64,000 nucleotides of DNA, from assembly GCF_006345805.1 (NCBI RefSeq), contig NC_043017.1:10416001-10480000 (forward strand). The letters run 5' to 3'. Made by a program: the position numbers and the translations under genes. This document shows positions 63,624 to 64,000 of this stretch, piece by piece; positions within the stretch are counted from its first letter, which is position 1, and each line of letters begins with the position of its first letter. The notes under the pieces are model-generated. The model was not told where the DNA came from, made no database searches, and worked only from the letters and a program-made list of their open reading frames with translations. Source of the stretch: Octopus sinensis (taxonomy: Eukaryota).

Positions 63624-64000
63624 CAGCAGCAGCAGTAGTAGTAGTAGTGGTGGTGGTGGAGGTGGTGGTGGTTGGTGTAGCTGTGACTGTTATAGATCCA
63701 CCTGTCACAAGCTTGTCGTTAGTACAGTGATTGCATATACACACACACAGATATATATATATATATACACACATGAATATACAAACATATAATATACATA
63801 GATGCATGTATGTGTGTTTGTGTGTAGTGTAGATAGAAAGAGATGGATAGATTGATAGACGAAGAGAGAGAGAGAGCCATGTGTTTGTGAGGTTCTGCTT
63901 CTCTATACATACATACATATATATACACCTATTATAGCTAGAGAGGTCTGCAGATACACGAGTGTGTGTTTGCATATATGTGTATATATACATGTATGTG

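Noticed and set aside
1212-63993. Most supplied ORFs (YIYI, CVCV, HTHT, poly-Q/P/T/V and similar)
   Set aside because: Translations of microsatellites and low-complexity tracts with no domain content.

Overview
Eukaryotic (not prokaryotic) DNA: AT-rich, saturated with (TA)n, (CA)n, (GA)n, (TAA)n and (CAT)n microsatellites and tRNA-derived SINEs, most consistent with an octopus (coleoid cephalopod) intron or intergenic region. The organism is inferred from repeat content. Nearly all entries in the supplied ORF track are microsatellite read-through. No complete gene is visible. There is one good candidate coding exon (12446-12580, minus) and several weak ones, plus decayed LINE fragments (RTE x2, R4/Dong-like, probable L1/Tx1), a DD37D (maT) transposase fragment, hAT/piggyBac/Tc1-type MITEs with TSDs, a Helitron-type element and many SINEs built from shuffled modules. 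The main signal is a dense set of type I hammerhead-ribozyme-like motifs, folded by hand: 14 motifs from about 9 unrelated short sequence families. Most lie within about 150 nt upstream of a (TA)n tract, and several sit in inverted duplications typical of Penelope-like element (PLE) termini. One motif (53282-53370) is fully canonical. One family carries a compensatory G3-C8 core swap. Two element boundaries fall at the predicted scissile bond. None of the motifs has been tested for activity.
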